Positions 1 through 8,978 of a stretch of DNA of 20,000 nt are shown here, piece by piece. A program made the translations under genes and the position numbers. The first letter of the stretch is position 1. Each line of letters begins with the position of its first letter. Where the stretch lies: the IMG/VR virus record IMGVR_UViG_3300025789_000022, one strand, 5' to 3'. The DNA comes from an uncultured virus (IMG/VR IMGVR_UViG_3300025789_000022). Taxonomy: Duplodnaviria; Heunggongvirae; Uroviricota; Caudoviricetes. The notes under the pieces were generated by a model that worked only from the letters and a program-made list of their open reading frames with translations, made no database searches and had not been told where the DNA came from.

Positions 1-1
1 T

Positions 2-508
2 GATAAAACATATGATAGTCAGAGTTTAAATTATACAACAGGTTCAAATAGTAAAATTTTTTCTTACATTGAAAAAATTTTACGCAAATACATTCCGTTT
101 GAAAATGAAAAAATTCATATTGCTATGATATTAGAGGCAACAAATCCTTATCATATTCATACAGATTATGTTAAAGATGATGATAAACCGGCTAATGCTT
201 ATTTGATTCCAATTGATAATTGCCAATCCGCAACAGTAATCTTTAATGAAGAATGCAAAACAACATTTAAAGATTTTAAAACAAAAAACCCTAATAACAA
301 CTTTATGGAAACAGTTACAAACTATAAAGAAATTTTAAGCCACTGTAAAGAAGAAGATTTAAAGTATGTTTCTGTAAAACAATATGCAAAATGGCAAAAA
401 GGTTTATTAATAAACTGGAATAGAAAGTTATTGCATGCAAGTGATAATTTTATAAACAATGGTATTGAAAAAAAACTTGCTATTGTTATCTTTACATCTT
501 ATATTTGA
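2..508 (+). CDS. 2OG-Fe(II) oxygenase/cupin-like protein, 5'-truncated by the window edge
   Basis: The frame of track ORF 125..508 is open back to position 2 (DKTYDSQSLNY...IHIAMILE), so the true start is probably upstream. It has an HxD motif (YHIHTD) and a distal His (WNRKLLHAS), as in double-stranded beta-helix Fe(II) oxygenases. Very AT-rich. Confidence 0.55.
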   Translation, partial: DKTYDSQSLNYTTGSNSKIFSYIEKILRKYIPFENEKIHIAMILEATNPYHIHTDYVKDDDKPANAYLIPIDNCQSATVIFNEECKTTFKDFKTKNPNNNFMETVTNYKEILSHCKEEDLKYVSVKQYAKWQKGLLINWNRKLLHASDNFINNGIEKKLAIVIFTSYI

Positions 509-530
509 TATAGAACAAGTACGGTGATTT

Positions 531-812
531 ATGAAATACGACGGCGGATATCTGCATAAGCATGTGCGTTGGGTAAAATTAGATAAGCGTAATAGATTAT
601 ATTCACGATATAGTCATCGCATATCTGCTCGTGATATGGGACAGATTTATAAATTACACTTTTACTTTACCAGAAATTATGATTCATATCACTCAAGTTG
701 GTGGGGTGATAATGCGCCACAGATTTATAGGCAGGTTGAAACAATGTTTCATCATAATTTTTACTTGAATGAAGAAGAGTTGGTGAAACTTATCATAGGA
801 TATGTAGAATGA
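531..812 (+). CDS. Hypothetical phage protein (93 aa)
   Basis: The ORF fills the gap and its stop overlaps the next start (ATGA at 809-812). No motif recognised. Confidence 0.6.
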   Translation: MKYDGGYLHKHVRWVKLDKRNRLYSRYSHRISARDMGQIYKLHFYFTRNYDSYHSSWWGDNAPQIYRQVETMFHHNFYLNEEELVKLIIGYVE

Positions 813-1261
813 CAAATTACAATCACTTTCGTATTATTAACGACTTAACAGGTCTTGCTAATAAACTTGGCTTTGAAATTAAACCAAATCGTGGTGCGTT
901 CAATTCTTATGCGTATGAACAGAATAGCGGTTCAGATTTTTCTCTTACCATTCCAGACGACGATGGCACAATCTTGCCAATCTATTCTCGTAATGTAACG
1001 ATATACAGTGGTAGCGCAGAAGATTGCATCCACTTTATGCATGGTTGGATGAAGCATCGTGAGTATATGAATATACTTGGATTTAAAGATAAGACCGTTG
1101 CTGATCGTGAGAAAAAAATAGTAGATCAGCGTAAGATGGATCGTATGACAAAGGCAGTTATAGATGGCAAAGACCCAGGCGCAAACCACTGGCACGACAG
1201 CAAAGACACTGCCACTGACCGCTGTTTTGACGGAGAATACGGGGAAGATGCTCCCTTCTAA
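809..1261 (+). CDS. Hypothetical phage protein (150 aa)
   Basis: ATGA coupling to the upstream ORF and AGGA at 797-800 as a possible SD. No recognised domain. Confidence 0.7.
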   Translation: MTNYNHFRIINDLTGLANKLGFEIKPNRGAFNSYAYEQNSGSDFSLTIPDDDGTILPIYSRNVTIYSGSAEDCIHFMHGWMKHREYMNILGFKDKTVADREKKIVDQRKMDRMTKAVIDGKDPGANHWHDSKDTATDRCFDGEYGEDAPF

Positions 1262-1541
1262 ACCTATCACGGTTTTTCGCACCGTTTTGCCAACAATTTT
1301 ATATGGGCTAACAAAAACAGGCTCTATAGAAAATGACAAGGGCGACGCCCTTGTCAAGGGCGAAGCCAATATAAAGTGGAGTAAATGCGAAAATTATAAG
1401 TGGGTATGGGAAAATGCTGTTAAAGACAGCGTAACTTTTCATGCCCAACTTGTCTATGATACACTTGACTATCGTGTAGCCGTAACCGCTCAATTTGAAC
1501 CAGAAGATTTAACTTATTATCTTATGCGATTTGGCACATAG
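1248..1541 (+). CDS. Hypothetical phage protein (97 aa; start revised from 1164 to ATG 1248)
   Basis: The in-frame ATG 1248 (MLPSKPITVF...) follows a purine-rich GGAGAATACGGGGAAG. Using it cuts the overlap with the upstream ORF from 98 nt to 14 nt. Confidence 0.6.
   Translation: MLPSKPITVFRTVLPTILYGLTKTGSIENDKGDALVKGEANIKWSKCENYKWVWENAVKDSVTFHAQLVYDTLDYRVAVTAQFEPEDLTYYLMRFGT
1334..1356. repeat. Perfect inverted repeat TGACAAGGGCG-A-CGCCCTTGTCA (11-bp arms, 1-nt centre)
   Basis: Read directly. CAAGGGCGA also occurs as a direct repeat at 1337-1345 and 1355-1363. Confidence 0.9.
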
Positions 1542-1546
1542 TAAAT

Positions 1547-3442
1547 TTACCACCTGCCACTGCCTGTCCAATCATAGGTGAAACTGCAATCGTTCCAATT
1601 ATTATCGATTGAACCATCATGATTACGGTGATCAAATTTATAATTATGGGTTGCAGTCCATTCACCGTCTGCATTTATAGAGAATACATGCGTAGCAGTA
1701 TATTGGCAACCTAATCTATCGCCAAACTCATTTATATCGCTTTGTGGATCAAAATTAACAGTTATATTATATTTGCCAAGTGCTCGCCATAACTGGCGTA
1801 ACATCGGCCATATTTCATTCATGAGACTGTTTGCAAAATCACCAAGGTTACTTTTGATAATGTCATAATCGTATTCTTCACGATCAATCATACGTTTAAT
1901 ATTATTTTCATCATATTCTATTGTATATGTCTGTGAGAGGTTAGGGCGTTCTACTCCATAGATATATCTGTCACCGTGTAGATGTTGTAGAAATATGCTA
2001 AAAGTTTTTTGGCGAACTAAACGATGAACTTTTGTATTTTTTAAATCCGCTGTAGCCCACATGTTTAAAAAATTCTTAGGCGATATTCCAAACTTAACAG
2101 GGTCAATAGAAATATCACTGCCTACGCTTAACATAAGACTCAAACCTGGACTAATGACTAATACGTTAGAATTTCGTATTCTCCATATTAACGTTAGCGT
2201 GTCAGCAAATGCTTGATGATCTTCGTTTGGAAATCCTATAATCCAATTTGTGTGTGCCATAATATCAGTAATTTTTCCACTTTCTAAATTACTTTCAATT
2301 TCATCAAGTGTAATTTCTTTTTTCATGGCATCAAGAACTTTCTGACTGCCACTTTCAATTCCATAACTCAACTGCATACATCCACTTGCTTTTAGATCAC
2401 GATAGTAATCTAAATCCATGCGACCATCGCAACGAGCATAGCCTTGCCATTGAATATCAATTTTTCGTTCTGCTATGCCTAAACAAAATCCACGCAGTTC
2501 TTTTAAATTGCCATTTACAAGACTATCAATAAACCATACATACTGGCCGCCATAATGTTTATTTTGATAATCAACCTCATCTAATAAACTGCCACTCATT
2601 CGACCACGATATTTCCAAAAATGAACCTCTGTGCAAAATACACACTTGGCAATGCAACCACGGCTAATTTCAGCAGAAATACCGCCTGGTGTAGTATATT
2701 CACTTAAATTATAATCACTGTAGTCGGGAAATGGTAAACTATCCAAGTCAAGACGCAATTTACTATCTTTTTTTAGATATTGTTCTATTATTGGTGTGGC
2801 ATTTTCAACTTTTTCAAGCAAGTCTAATATTACTTGTTCGCCTTCACCTTCAACAATATGATCATACAGTGGTTTACTATAATTGCGCATACTAGCAACT
2901 TGCGGTCCACCTAAAATTATTTTACAATTTGGCAATGCTGCTTTTAGTTGTCTCGCCATCCAATTTGTAGATTCTTCATTTGTATAATACATGCTAAACC
3001 CAACTACATGTGGGTTTGATTCGATTATTGTTTGCAAATATTGATTATATAAATCTAACAGCAATGGATGTATTTCACGGTCATACCAATCGCCAACCCA
3101 CATCCATTCACGACTTGCATCCCAGTAATCTGTATTATTTTTATTTTTTAACTCGTGATATGCTTTAATATTAACATCTAATACTGTTGTGTGGTAGCCA
3201 GCAGCACGAGTTACTGCGCTCAATCTGCTTAAATTATATGGTGGAAAAAATACTCCCCACTCTGGCATTAGCACAAGTGTTAATCGAGTATTTCTTGTAG
3301 CAGATGCAATTACAACAGGTGTAAGATTTTTCTGTGGAGTTGACCGAGCAAAATTTGCCATAGTTTTTGCCATTGCCCAATCTTTGCCAAGTCCAAGTGG
3401 AACTTCACTTGCATTGGGTTGGTAGTCATCTATATTGCTCAT
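1547..3442 (-). CDS. Cobalamin (B12)-binding radical SAM enzyme, class B methyltransferase-like (start probably ATG 3442; track start 3472)
   Basis: CxxxCxxC motif (SRGCIAKCVFC). The N-terminal region is typical of a B12-binding domain (PPYNLSRLSA..GYHTTVLDVN, VVGFSMY, IILGGPQ, GEGE, LDSLPFPDY). Core radical SAM motifs GIESGSQKVLDAMKK and WIIGFPNE. Minus-strand TAAATA lies 5 nt before ATG 3442. Confidence 0.9.
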   Translation of the reverse strand: MSNIDDYQPNASEVPLGLGKDWAMAKTMANFARSTPQKNLTPVVIASATRNTRLTLVLMPEWGVFFPPYNLSRLSAVTRAAGYHTTVLDVNIKAYHELKNKNNTDYWDASREWMWVGDWYDREIHPLLLDLYNQYLQTIIESNPHVVGFSMYYTNEESTNWMARQLKAALPNCKIILGGPQVASMRNYSKPLYDHIVEGEGEQVILDLLEKVENATPIIEQYLKKDSKLRLDLDSLPFPDYSDYNLSEYTTPGGISAEISRGCIAKCVFCTEVHFWKYRGRMSGSLLDEVDYQNKHYGGQYVWFIDSLVNGNLKELRGFCLGIAERKIDIQWQGYARCDGRMDLDYYRDLKASGCMQLSYGIESGSQKVLDAMKKEITLDEIESNLESGKITDIMAHTNWIIGFPNEDHQAFADTLTLIWRIRNSNVLVISPGLSLMLSVGSDISIDPVKFGISPKNFLNMWATADLKNTKVHRLVRQKTFSIFLQHLHGDRYIYGVERPNLSQTYTIEYDENNIKRMIDREEYDYDIIKSNLGDFANSLMNEIWPMLRQLWRALGKYNITVNFDPQSDINEFGDRLGCQYTATHVFSINADGEWTATHNYKFDHRNHDGSIDNNWNDCSFTYDWTGSGRW

Positions 3443-3447
3443 TGACA

Positions 3448-3453
3448 TATTTA
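3448..3453 (-). promoter_or_regulatory. Putative late promoter core TAAATA for the radical SAM gene
   Basis: The minus strand reads TAAATA-tgtca-ATG(3442), the same 5-nt spacing as at other genes in the window. Confidence 0.65.
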
Positions 3454-3471
3454 ATGGCACTGTTACTTTCA

Positions 3472-3477
3472 TAAATA
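3472..3477 (+). promoter_or_regulatory. Putative late promoter core TAAATA for the neck gene
   Basis: ATAAATA-tttgt-ATG(3483). Resembles the T4 gp55 late promoter TATAAATA. Confidence 0.7.
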
Positions 3478-3482
3478 TTTGT

Positions 3483-4235
3483 ATGGCAACCCTACAAGAA
3501 CTTAAAACAACAGTATTTGACTATGTTCGTTATAGTCTTGGCGATGGCATGGTAGATGTTGAACTTGATCCTATTCATTTTGAAACAAGTTTACAACAAG
3601 CATTTATACGCTATCGTCAACGCAGCAGTAATAGCGTAGAAGAAAGTTATTCATTTTTAGAATTGCAAATGGATAAAAATACCTACACGTTACCAAATGA
3701 AATTATAAGTGTACGCAATGTATACAAGCGTAATATCGGTGCTAACAGCGGTACTAGTTCGCAGTATGAACCATTTGAAGCAGGTTTCGTAAACTTTTAT
3801 ATGATTCAAAGCGGTCGTGTTGGTGGTTTGTCAACTTATTATCTTTATAGTTCATTCTTAAAAGAAGCCGCAAAGATGTTTGGTGGTTATCTAAATTATA
3901 CATTTAATAAAACTACCAAAGAACTAACCATCATGCGTCGTCCTCGTGCAGATAAAGAAACTATTCTTATCTGGAGTGAAAATTTTAAACCTGATGTTAC
4001 ACTACTTAATGATATCTATTCACTGCCATGGTTGCGTGAATATACACTGGCTCGTTGTATGATGATGCTTGGCGAAGCACGTAGCAAGTTTGCTACGCTA
4101 CCTGGTCCTCAAGGCGGCAGCAGCCTTAATGGAGGCGATTTGCTTACACGTGGACAAGCCAAGATTGATGCTCTTGAGTTAGAACTTACAAACTATGTTG
4201 CTGGTGAAACTCCAATGTGGTTTGTTATCGGATAA
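3483..4235 (+). CDS. gp13: Neck protein, T4 gp13-like (start revised to ATG 3483, 250 aa)
   Basis: LKTTVFDYVRYSLGDGMVDVEL, YTLPNEIISV and WLREYTLARCMMMLGEARSKFATLPGPQGGSSLNG are characteristic of gp13-like neck proteins. The gene lies upstream of sheath and tube. Confidence 0.85.
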   Translation: MATLQELKTTVFDYVRYSLGDGMVDVELDPIHFETSLQQAFIRYRQRSSNSVEESYSFLELQMDKNTYTLPNEIISVRNVYKRNIGANSGTSSQYEPFEAGFVNFYMIQSGRVGGLSTYYLYSSFLKEAAKMFGGYLNYTFNKTTKELTIMRRPRADKETILIWSENFKPDVTLLNDIYSLPWLREYTLARCMMMLGEARSKFATLPGPQGGSSLNGGDLLTRGQAKIDALELELTNYVAGETPMWFVIG

Positions 4236-4238
4236 TAT

Positions 4239-4267
4239 TTGACATCCTTGTTATCTTTTGTTAAAGT
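4239..4267 (+). promoter_or_regulatory. Sigma70-type promoter TTGACA-N17-TAAAGT for the dNMP kinase
   Basis: Perfect -35 TTGACA (4239-4244), 17-nt spacer, -10 TAAAGT (4262-4267), ATG 6 nt later. Confidence 0.7.
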
Positions 4268-4273
4268 AAGAAC

Positions 4274-4879
4274 ATGAAAATAATTGGTGTATGCGGTCTT
4301 ATCGGTGGTGGCAAAGGAACCGTTGCTGATATCCTTGTTAAAGATCATGGTTTTGAAAAAGTAAGTTTCGCTGACAGTCTTAAGGATATGATTGCCGCTG
4401 TATTTGGGTGGCCTCGTCATTTGCTTGAAGGTGATACAGCAGAAAGCCGTGAATGGCGTGAGCAACGTGATGACTGGTGGGCAGAACGTCTGAACCTACC
4501 ATGGCTTACACCTCGTTGGGTTCTACAATTTTGGGGAACCGATGTTTGCCGTGAAAATTTCCATGAAGATATTTGGATTGCAAGTTTAGAAAATAAACTT
4601 AGAAAAGTTGTTAATGGTTCATTTGAATATAATAACATTGTTATTCCAGATACACGTTTCCCCAATGAAATCAACCTAATTCGTCGTCTTGGTGGAGAAG
4701 TATGGGCAGTTCAGCGTGGTGATTATCCTGATTGGATGGTAAATCTTCTTAAACATGGCGAAGAACCGCATGATATTCATCCTAGTGAATGGTCTTGGGT
4801 TAATGCAAATATGAACCATGTGATTAAAAATGATGGAACTATTGAAGATTTGCAAACTGCTGTTACAAATTTGTTATAA
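4274..4879 (+). CDS. Deoxynucleoside monophosphate kinase, T4 gp1-like
   Basis: N-terminal P-loop IIGVCGLIGGGKGTVAD, plus SFADSLKD, TPRWVLQFWGTDVCR, VIPDTRFPNE, HPSE and IKNDGTIEDL, all typical of phage dNMP kinases. Confidence 0.92.
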   Translation: MKIIGVCGLIGGGKGTVADILVKDHGFEKVSFADSLKDMIAAVFGWPRHLLEGDTAESREWREQRDDWWAERLNLPWLTPRWVLQFWGTDVCRENFHEDIWIASLENKLRKVVNGSFEYNNIVIPDTRFPNEINLIRRLGGEVWAVQRGDYPDWMVNLLKHGEEPHDIHPSEWSWVNANMNHVIKNDGTIEDLQTAVTNLL

Positions 4880-4925
4880 TATCCATACTTAACCTTTTAA
4901 AAACACCCATTTTGTTCTATTCCGC

Positions 4926-4950
4926 TAAATATTAGCAACACCTTAAAGGA
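4926..4950 (+). promoter_or_regulatory. Putative late promoter TAAATA (4926-4931) and SD AAAGGA (4945-4950) for the tail sheath
   Basis: Read directly. ATG at 4960. Confidence 0.65.
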
Positions 4951-4959
4951 ATAGACCCT

Positions 4960-7900
4960 ATGGCAACATTAGTTTCACCAGGCGTATCAGTTTCAGTCAT
5001 TGATGAGAGCAACTATGCTCCAAACGGACCAGGAACCGTACCGTTTATCGTTATCGCAACAGCAAAAAATAAAACAAGCACTGCTGGCGGCACTGCAAAT
5101 TATACAACAAGTGCAAGTGCAAATACACTTCAACTTGTAGCAAGTCAAAAAGATTTGCTTACAAATTACGGACTTCCAATTTTCCCAAGTGATGCAAGTG
5201 GCAATCGTATCTTCGGCAGCGAACTTGCAGAATATGGTCTTATGGCTGCACATAGTGTATTAGGTATTACTAATCAGGCATATATTCTACGTGCCGATGT
5301 TGATCTTGCCGCACTTACTGGTAGCAGCAGTCGTCCTTACGGTAATGTTGCAGATGGTACTCAGTGGTGGAATACTGCTACTAGCAAGTATGGTATCTTT
5401 GTTTGGGATGCGGTTAATAACGTATTCAACGTTCAAACACCTATTGTTATCACAAGCACTGCACAGTTAACTAGTGGTGTTCCTCTTAGCAGTATTGGAA
5501 CTGTTGGTAGTTTTGCAGTTGTTGCAACTGATGTTAAGAACCCAATTTACCAAAAGGCATATGATAATAGTTGGAATTGGTTGGGAACTACTGCATGGCA
5601 GGCGAAAACACCTACTATTGTTGGTACTCTACAACCTAGTTCAATCACAAGCGGAAATGCAATCACTATTAACGGCACAACTATTACATTTAGTAGCACA
5701 ACACTATCAAGTCTTGTTACACAAATCAATAGTGCATCTATCACTGGTGTGACTGCAGCAAGTGTAAATGGTTACCTAAACATTTTCGTAACAAGCGCAG
5801 CAAAGAGCAACGGTACTGTAACAGATGGTAAGATTGCAATTGCAAACGCTAGCGGTACTCCACTGGCAACTCTTGGTATCAGTGGTGGAACATATGCTGG
5901 TGTAGCATTTGTATTTGCCCCACACTATCAGGTACCTGCATGGAGAAGCACGGATACTACTCCAGAACCAACTGGTAGTGTTTGGATTAAAACAACTGCA
6001 GTTAACAGCGGCGCAAACATGTATGTTTATCGTTGGAATGGTGCAAGTCTTCAATATAATTTAATTCCTGCACCGTTATTCAAGCGTCGTCGTGATGCAA
6101 TTTACAACTATGATCCAACTCTTGGTGGTATTGGAATTGCTACCGATACGTTATTTGTAAAGTATGATATTATTGGTGATGGCAGTGCTTCTATGAAATT
6201 ACTACAATGGATGGGTTATGGTGGTCCACTAGTGGTAACTGGTACTGTTGCTAATCCAACATTTACCGCATCTAATGCATTTACTATCCAAACTACTGTT
6301 CCTGGCAGTAGCGCATTTAGCAGCACATATACTATCACACTTAGTGGTACAAGCGCAGCAAGTTTTGTAAGTGATGTTCTTGCAGCAAATATTCCTTATC
6401 TTACATGCGCATTAACAAGCACTGGAAATATTCAGTTCACTAACACAAACGCTGGTGACATTGTATTCACTAATACAAGCGGCACACCGCTAACTGCTGC
6501 TGGTATTACTACTGCTACACCTAACATTTATGATGATGCTGGTACTGGTGTATTGACTGGAACTTATTGGCAGCCAGCGGAGTTGCTATATCAACAAAGC
6601 ATTGCTCCAGTAACTGCTCCTCCTGATGGAACACTATGGTATTATGAAACTCCACTTGAAGTAGATATCATGATTAATAATGGTACTATTTGGAAAGGTT
6701 ATCACAATGTAACTAGTGATGCTCGTGGTTATAACCTAAGTAACACTGATCCTCTTGGCCCGTTCATTAGTAGTAGTGCACCAACTAAGCAAACAGATGG
6801 TACTGCGCTAGTATATGGTGATATCTGGGTTTCAACTGCAAACCTAGAACAATATCCACAGATTTATCGTTGGCAACGTGTTGGTGGTGTTGATCAGTGG
6901 TTGCAACTTGATACCACTGATACTACTACACAAAATGGTATTCTGTTTGCAGATGCTCGTTGGGATACTGCTGGTACAGCAGACCCTGCACTTGATGCAA
7001 AGCCAACTATTGTAAGTTTGTTAAGCAGCGATTATGTTGATTTGGATGTTCCTAATCCTCAAGTATATCCACGTGGTATGTTGCTGTTTAACACTCGTCG
7101 TAGCAGCTATAATGTTAAGAAGTATGTTGCAAGCAAGTTTAACAGCACAAACTACCCACTTTCAAGTCTTCCAAACATTCCTGCTACTTGGGTAAGTGCA
7201 AGCGGTAAGAACCAAAATAACGTTCCTTACTTTGGACGTAAAGCACAGCGTAGCGTAGTTGTAAGTGCACTTCAAGAAGCAGTTGATAATAGCACTACTG
7301 CTCGTGAAGATCAACGTAACTTTAACCTACTTGTTTGCCCTGGTTATCCAGAAGTTACAAGTAATCTAGTTACACTTAACAATGATCGTCGCCAAACTGG
7401 ATTTATCCTAGCCGATACTCCAATGGGACTTGCAAGTGATCTAACTACTGTTGGCAACTATATTACAAATGCTAGCGCAGTATCACAAACTGGTGAAGAT
7501 GGTCTAGCAACTACAGATAGTTTCACTGCTGTGTTCTATCCGGGTGCTGCTTATACCAATGCACTAGATGGTATTGGTCAGGTTGTTGTTCCAATTACTC
7601 ACAGCATCCTACGCATGGTTGTAAACAGTGATCAGAACAGTCATCCATGGTTTGCACCAGCAGGCAGCATCCGTGGTAAGATTGATAATGCAATCAAGAT
7701 CGGTTATGTTGACCGCACTACTGGTAAGTTTGTAAGCATTGGTACTAACCAAGGACTACGTGACTTGCTGTATGCTAATAATGTTAACCCTGTTGCTGTA
7801 TTCCCAACTGATGGTATTGTAAACTATGGTAACCATACTCGTCAGGCAAATGCAACTGCTCTAGACCGTATCAACGTAGCACGTTTGATTAACTATCTAC

Positions 7901-8232
7901 GTTATAACCTAGAGCGTCTTGCAAAGCCACTTATTTTTGAACCAAACGATACAATTACTCGCAATGAAGCAAAGCAAGCCGTTGAAGGTTTGTTAAACGA
8001 TGTGAAGGCACAGCGTGGTGTTTATGATTATCTAGTCGTGTGTGATACTACAAACAATACACCAACTACTATTGACCGCAATGAACTACATATTGATATC
8101 GCAATTGAACCTACCAAGGCAGTTGAGTTCATCTATATCCCAGTTCGTATCTTGAATACTGGTGCTATTGGTGGAACTAATGCAAACCAAGGTGGTTTAA
8201 GCAATATTACACCTAGTGTATCACTTACCTAA
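4960..8232 (+). CDS. gp18: Contractile tail sheath protein, T4 gp18-like, with a large insertion (1090 aa)
   Basis: N-terminus MATLVSPGVSVSVIDES. C-terminal sheath motifs PWFAPAG..RG, RDLLYANNVNPV, ALDRINVARL, FEPNDTITR, YDYLVVCDTTNNTPTTIDRNEL and IEPTKAVEFIYIP. Confidence 0.95.
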   Translation: MATLVSPGVSVSVIDESNYAPNGPGTVPFIVIATAKNKTSTAGGTANYTTSASANTLQLVASQKDLLTNYGLPIFPSDASGNRIFGSELAEYGLMAAHSVLGITNQAYILRADVDLAALTGSSSRPYGNVADGTQWWNTATSKYGIFVWDAVNNVFNVQTPIVITSTAQLTSGVPLSSIGTVGSFAVVATDVKNPIYQKAYDNSWNWLGTTAWQAKTPTIVGTLQPSSITSGNAITINGTTITFSSTTLSSLVTQINSASITGVTAASVNGYLNIFVTSAAKSNGTVTDGKIAIANASGTPLATLGISGGTYAGVAFVFAPHYQVPAWRSTDTTPEPTGSVWIKTTAVNSGANMYVYRWNGASLQYNLIPAPLFKRRRDAIYNYDPTLGGIGIATDTLFVKYDIIGDGSASMKLLQWMGYGGPLVVTGTVANPTFTASNAFTIQTTVPGSSAFSSTYTITLSGTSAASFVSDVLAANIPYLTCALTSTGNIQFTNTNAGDIVFTNTSGTPLTAAGITTATPNIYDDAGTGVLTGTYWQPAELLYQQSIAPVTAPPDGTLWYYETPLEVDIMINNGTIWKGYHNVTSDARGYNLSNTDPLGPFISSSAPTKQTDGTALVYGDIWVSTANLEQYPQIYRWQRVGGVDQWLQLDTTDTTTQNGILFADARWDTAGTADPALDAKPTIVSLLSSDYVDLDVPNPQVYPRGMLLFNTRRSSYNVKKYVASKFNSTNYPLSSLPNIPATWVSASGKNQNNVPYFGRKAQRSVVVSALQEAVDNSTTAREDQRNFNLLVCPGYPEVTSNLVTLNNDRRQTGFILADTPMGLASDLTTVGNYITNASAVSQTGEDGLATTDSFTAVFYPGAAYTNALDGIGQVVVPITHSILRMVVNSDQNSHPWFAPAGSIRGKIDNAIKIGYVDRTTGKFVSIGTNQGLRDLLYANNVNPVAVFPTDGIVNYGNHTRQANATALDRINVARLINYLRYNLERLAKPLIFEPNDTITRNEAKQAVEGLLNDVKAQRGVYDYLVVCDTTNNTPTTIDRNELHIDIAIEPTKAVEFIYIPVRILNTGAIGGTNANQGGLSNITPSVSLT

Positions 8233-8255
8233 TAGATAACATTTATATAAGAATT

Positions 8256-8283
8256 AAAAAGCCGCTTTTATAGCGGCTTTTTT
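8256..8283 (+). terminator. Rho-independent terminator after the sheath gene, potentially bidirectional
   Basis: AAAAAGCCGCT-tttat-AGCGGCTTTTTT: a GC stem flanked by an A tract and a T tract. Confidence 0.9.
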
Positions 8284-8316
8284 AATATGCGGACAAAATA
8301 AAAGATAGTGATTTGT

Positions 8317-8337
8317 TATAAATAATCTTATAGGAGA
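8317..8337 (+). promoter_or_regulatory. T4-type late promoter TATAAATA (8317-8324) and SD AGGAGA (8332-8337) for the tail tube
   Basis: Exact T4 late consensus just downstream of the terminator. ATG at 8344. Confidence 0.8.
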
Positions 8338-8343
8338 TTTAAG

Positions 8344-8967
8344 ATGGCAGTTGCATCACTACTAAACATGACAGTGCCGGTGGCATCAGCAAGTGATCAA
8401 AGCGCAAATACACAGGGCGTATTGATGCCTTTGCTAAAGTATCGCTTTAGAGTGAGCTTTGAAAACTTTGGTATTACTAGCCCCCGTACAGAACTAACAA
8501 AACAAGTTATGAGTTTTACTCGTCCAAACCTACAGTTTGATAGCGTGGAAATTCCAATTTATAACAGTCGTATGTACATTCAGGGCAAACCTACATGGCA
8601 GACTATTACTGTTGAGTTTCGTGATGATGCAAATGGCAGCGTTCGCCTACTTATTGGTGAACAAGTTCAAAAACAATTTGACTTTGCTGAACAAAGCAGT
8701 GCAGTAAGCGGCATTGATTACAAGTTCCTTACTCGTTTTGAAGCACTTGATGGCGGCAATGGTACAGCCAATCCAACTACCCTTGAAGAGTGGGAAATCT
8801 ACGGGTGCTTTATTCAAGAAGTTAACTATAACGGTTTTGATTACAACAGCAATGATCCAGCAACTATTTCTATGACAATTCGTTATGATAATGCGTTGCA
8901 GATTCCAGGCACCAGCGGTGTTGGTAAAAAGGTTACTCGTACAAGTGGTCACAGCGTAACTGGCTAA
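8344..8967 (+). CDS. gp19: Tail tube protein, T4 gp19-like
   Basis: Directly follows the sheath. YRFRVSF, RPNLQFDSVEIP, GKPTWQTITVEFRDD, WEIYGCFIQEVNYNGFDY and ISMTIRYD match the gp19 fold pattern. Confidence 0.88.
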   Translation: MAVASLLNMTVPVASASDQSANTQGVLMPLLKYRFRVSFENFGITSPRTELTKQVMSFTRPNLQFDSVEIPIYNSRMYIQGKPTWQTITVEFRDDANGSVRLLIGEQVQKQFDFAEQSSAVSGIDYKFLTRFEALDGGNGTANPTTLEEWEIYGCFIQEVNYNGFDYNSNDPATISMTIRYDNALQIPGTSGVGKKVTRTSGHSVTG

Positions 8968-8978
8968 AGGTTTGAGCC

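Noticed and set aside
1164..1261. Apparent 98-nt overlap of two plus-strand ORFs (frameshift or overprinting)
   Set aside because: The start at ATG 1248, with a purine-rich upstream tract, explains it. No slippery site seen.
3435..3482. Apparent head-to-head overlap of the radical SAM and neck ORFs
   Set aside because: An artefact of longest-ORF calling. Starts at 3442(-) and 3483(+) leave a 40-nt gap holding two divergent TAAATA elements.
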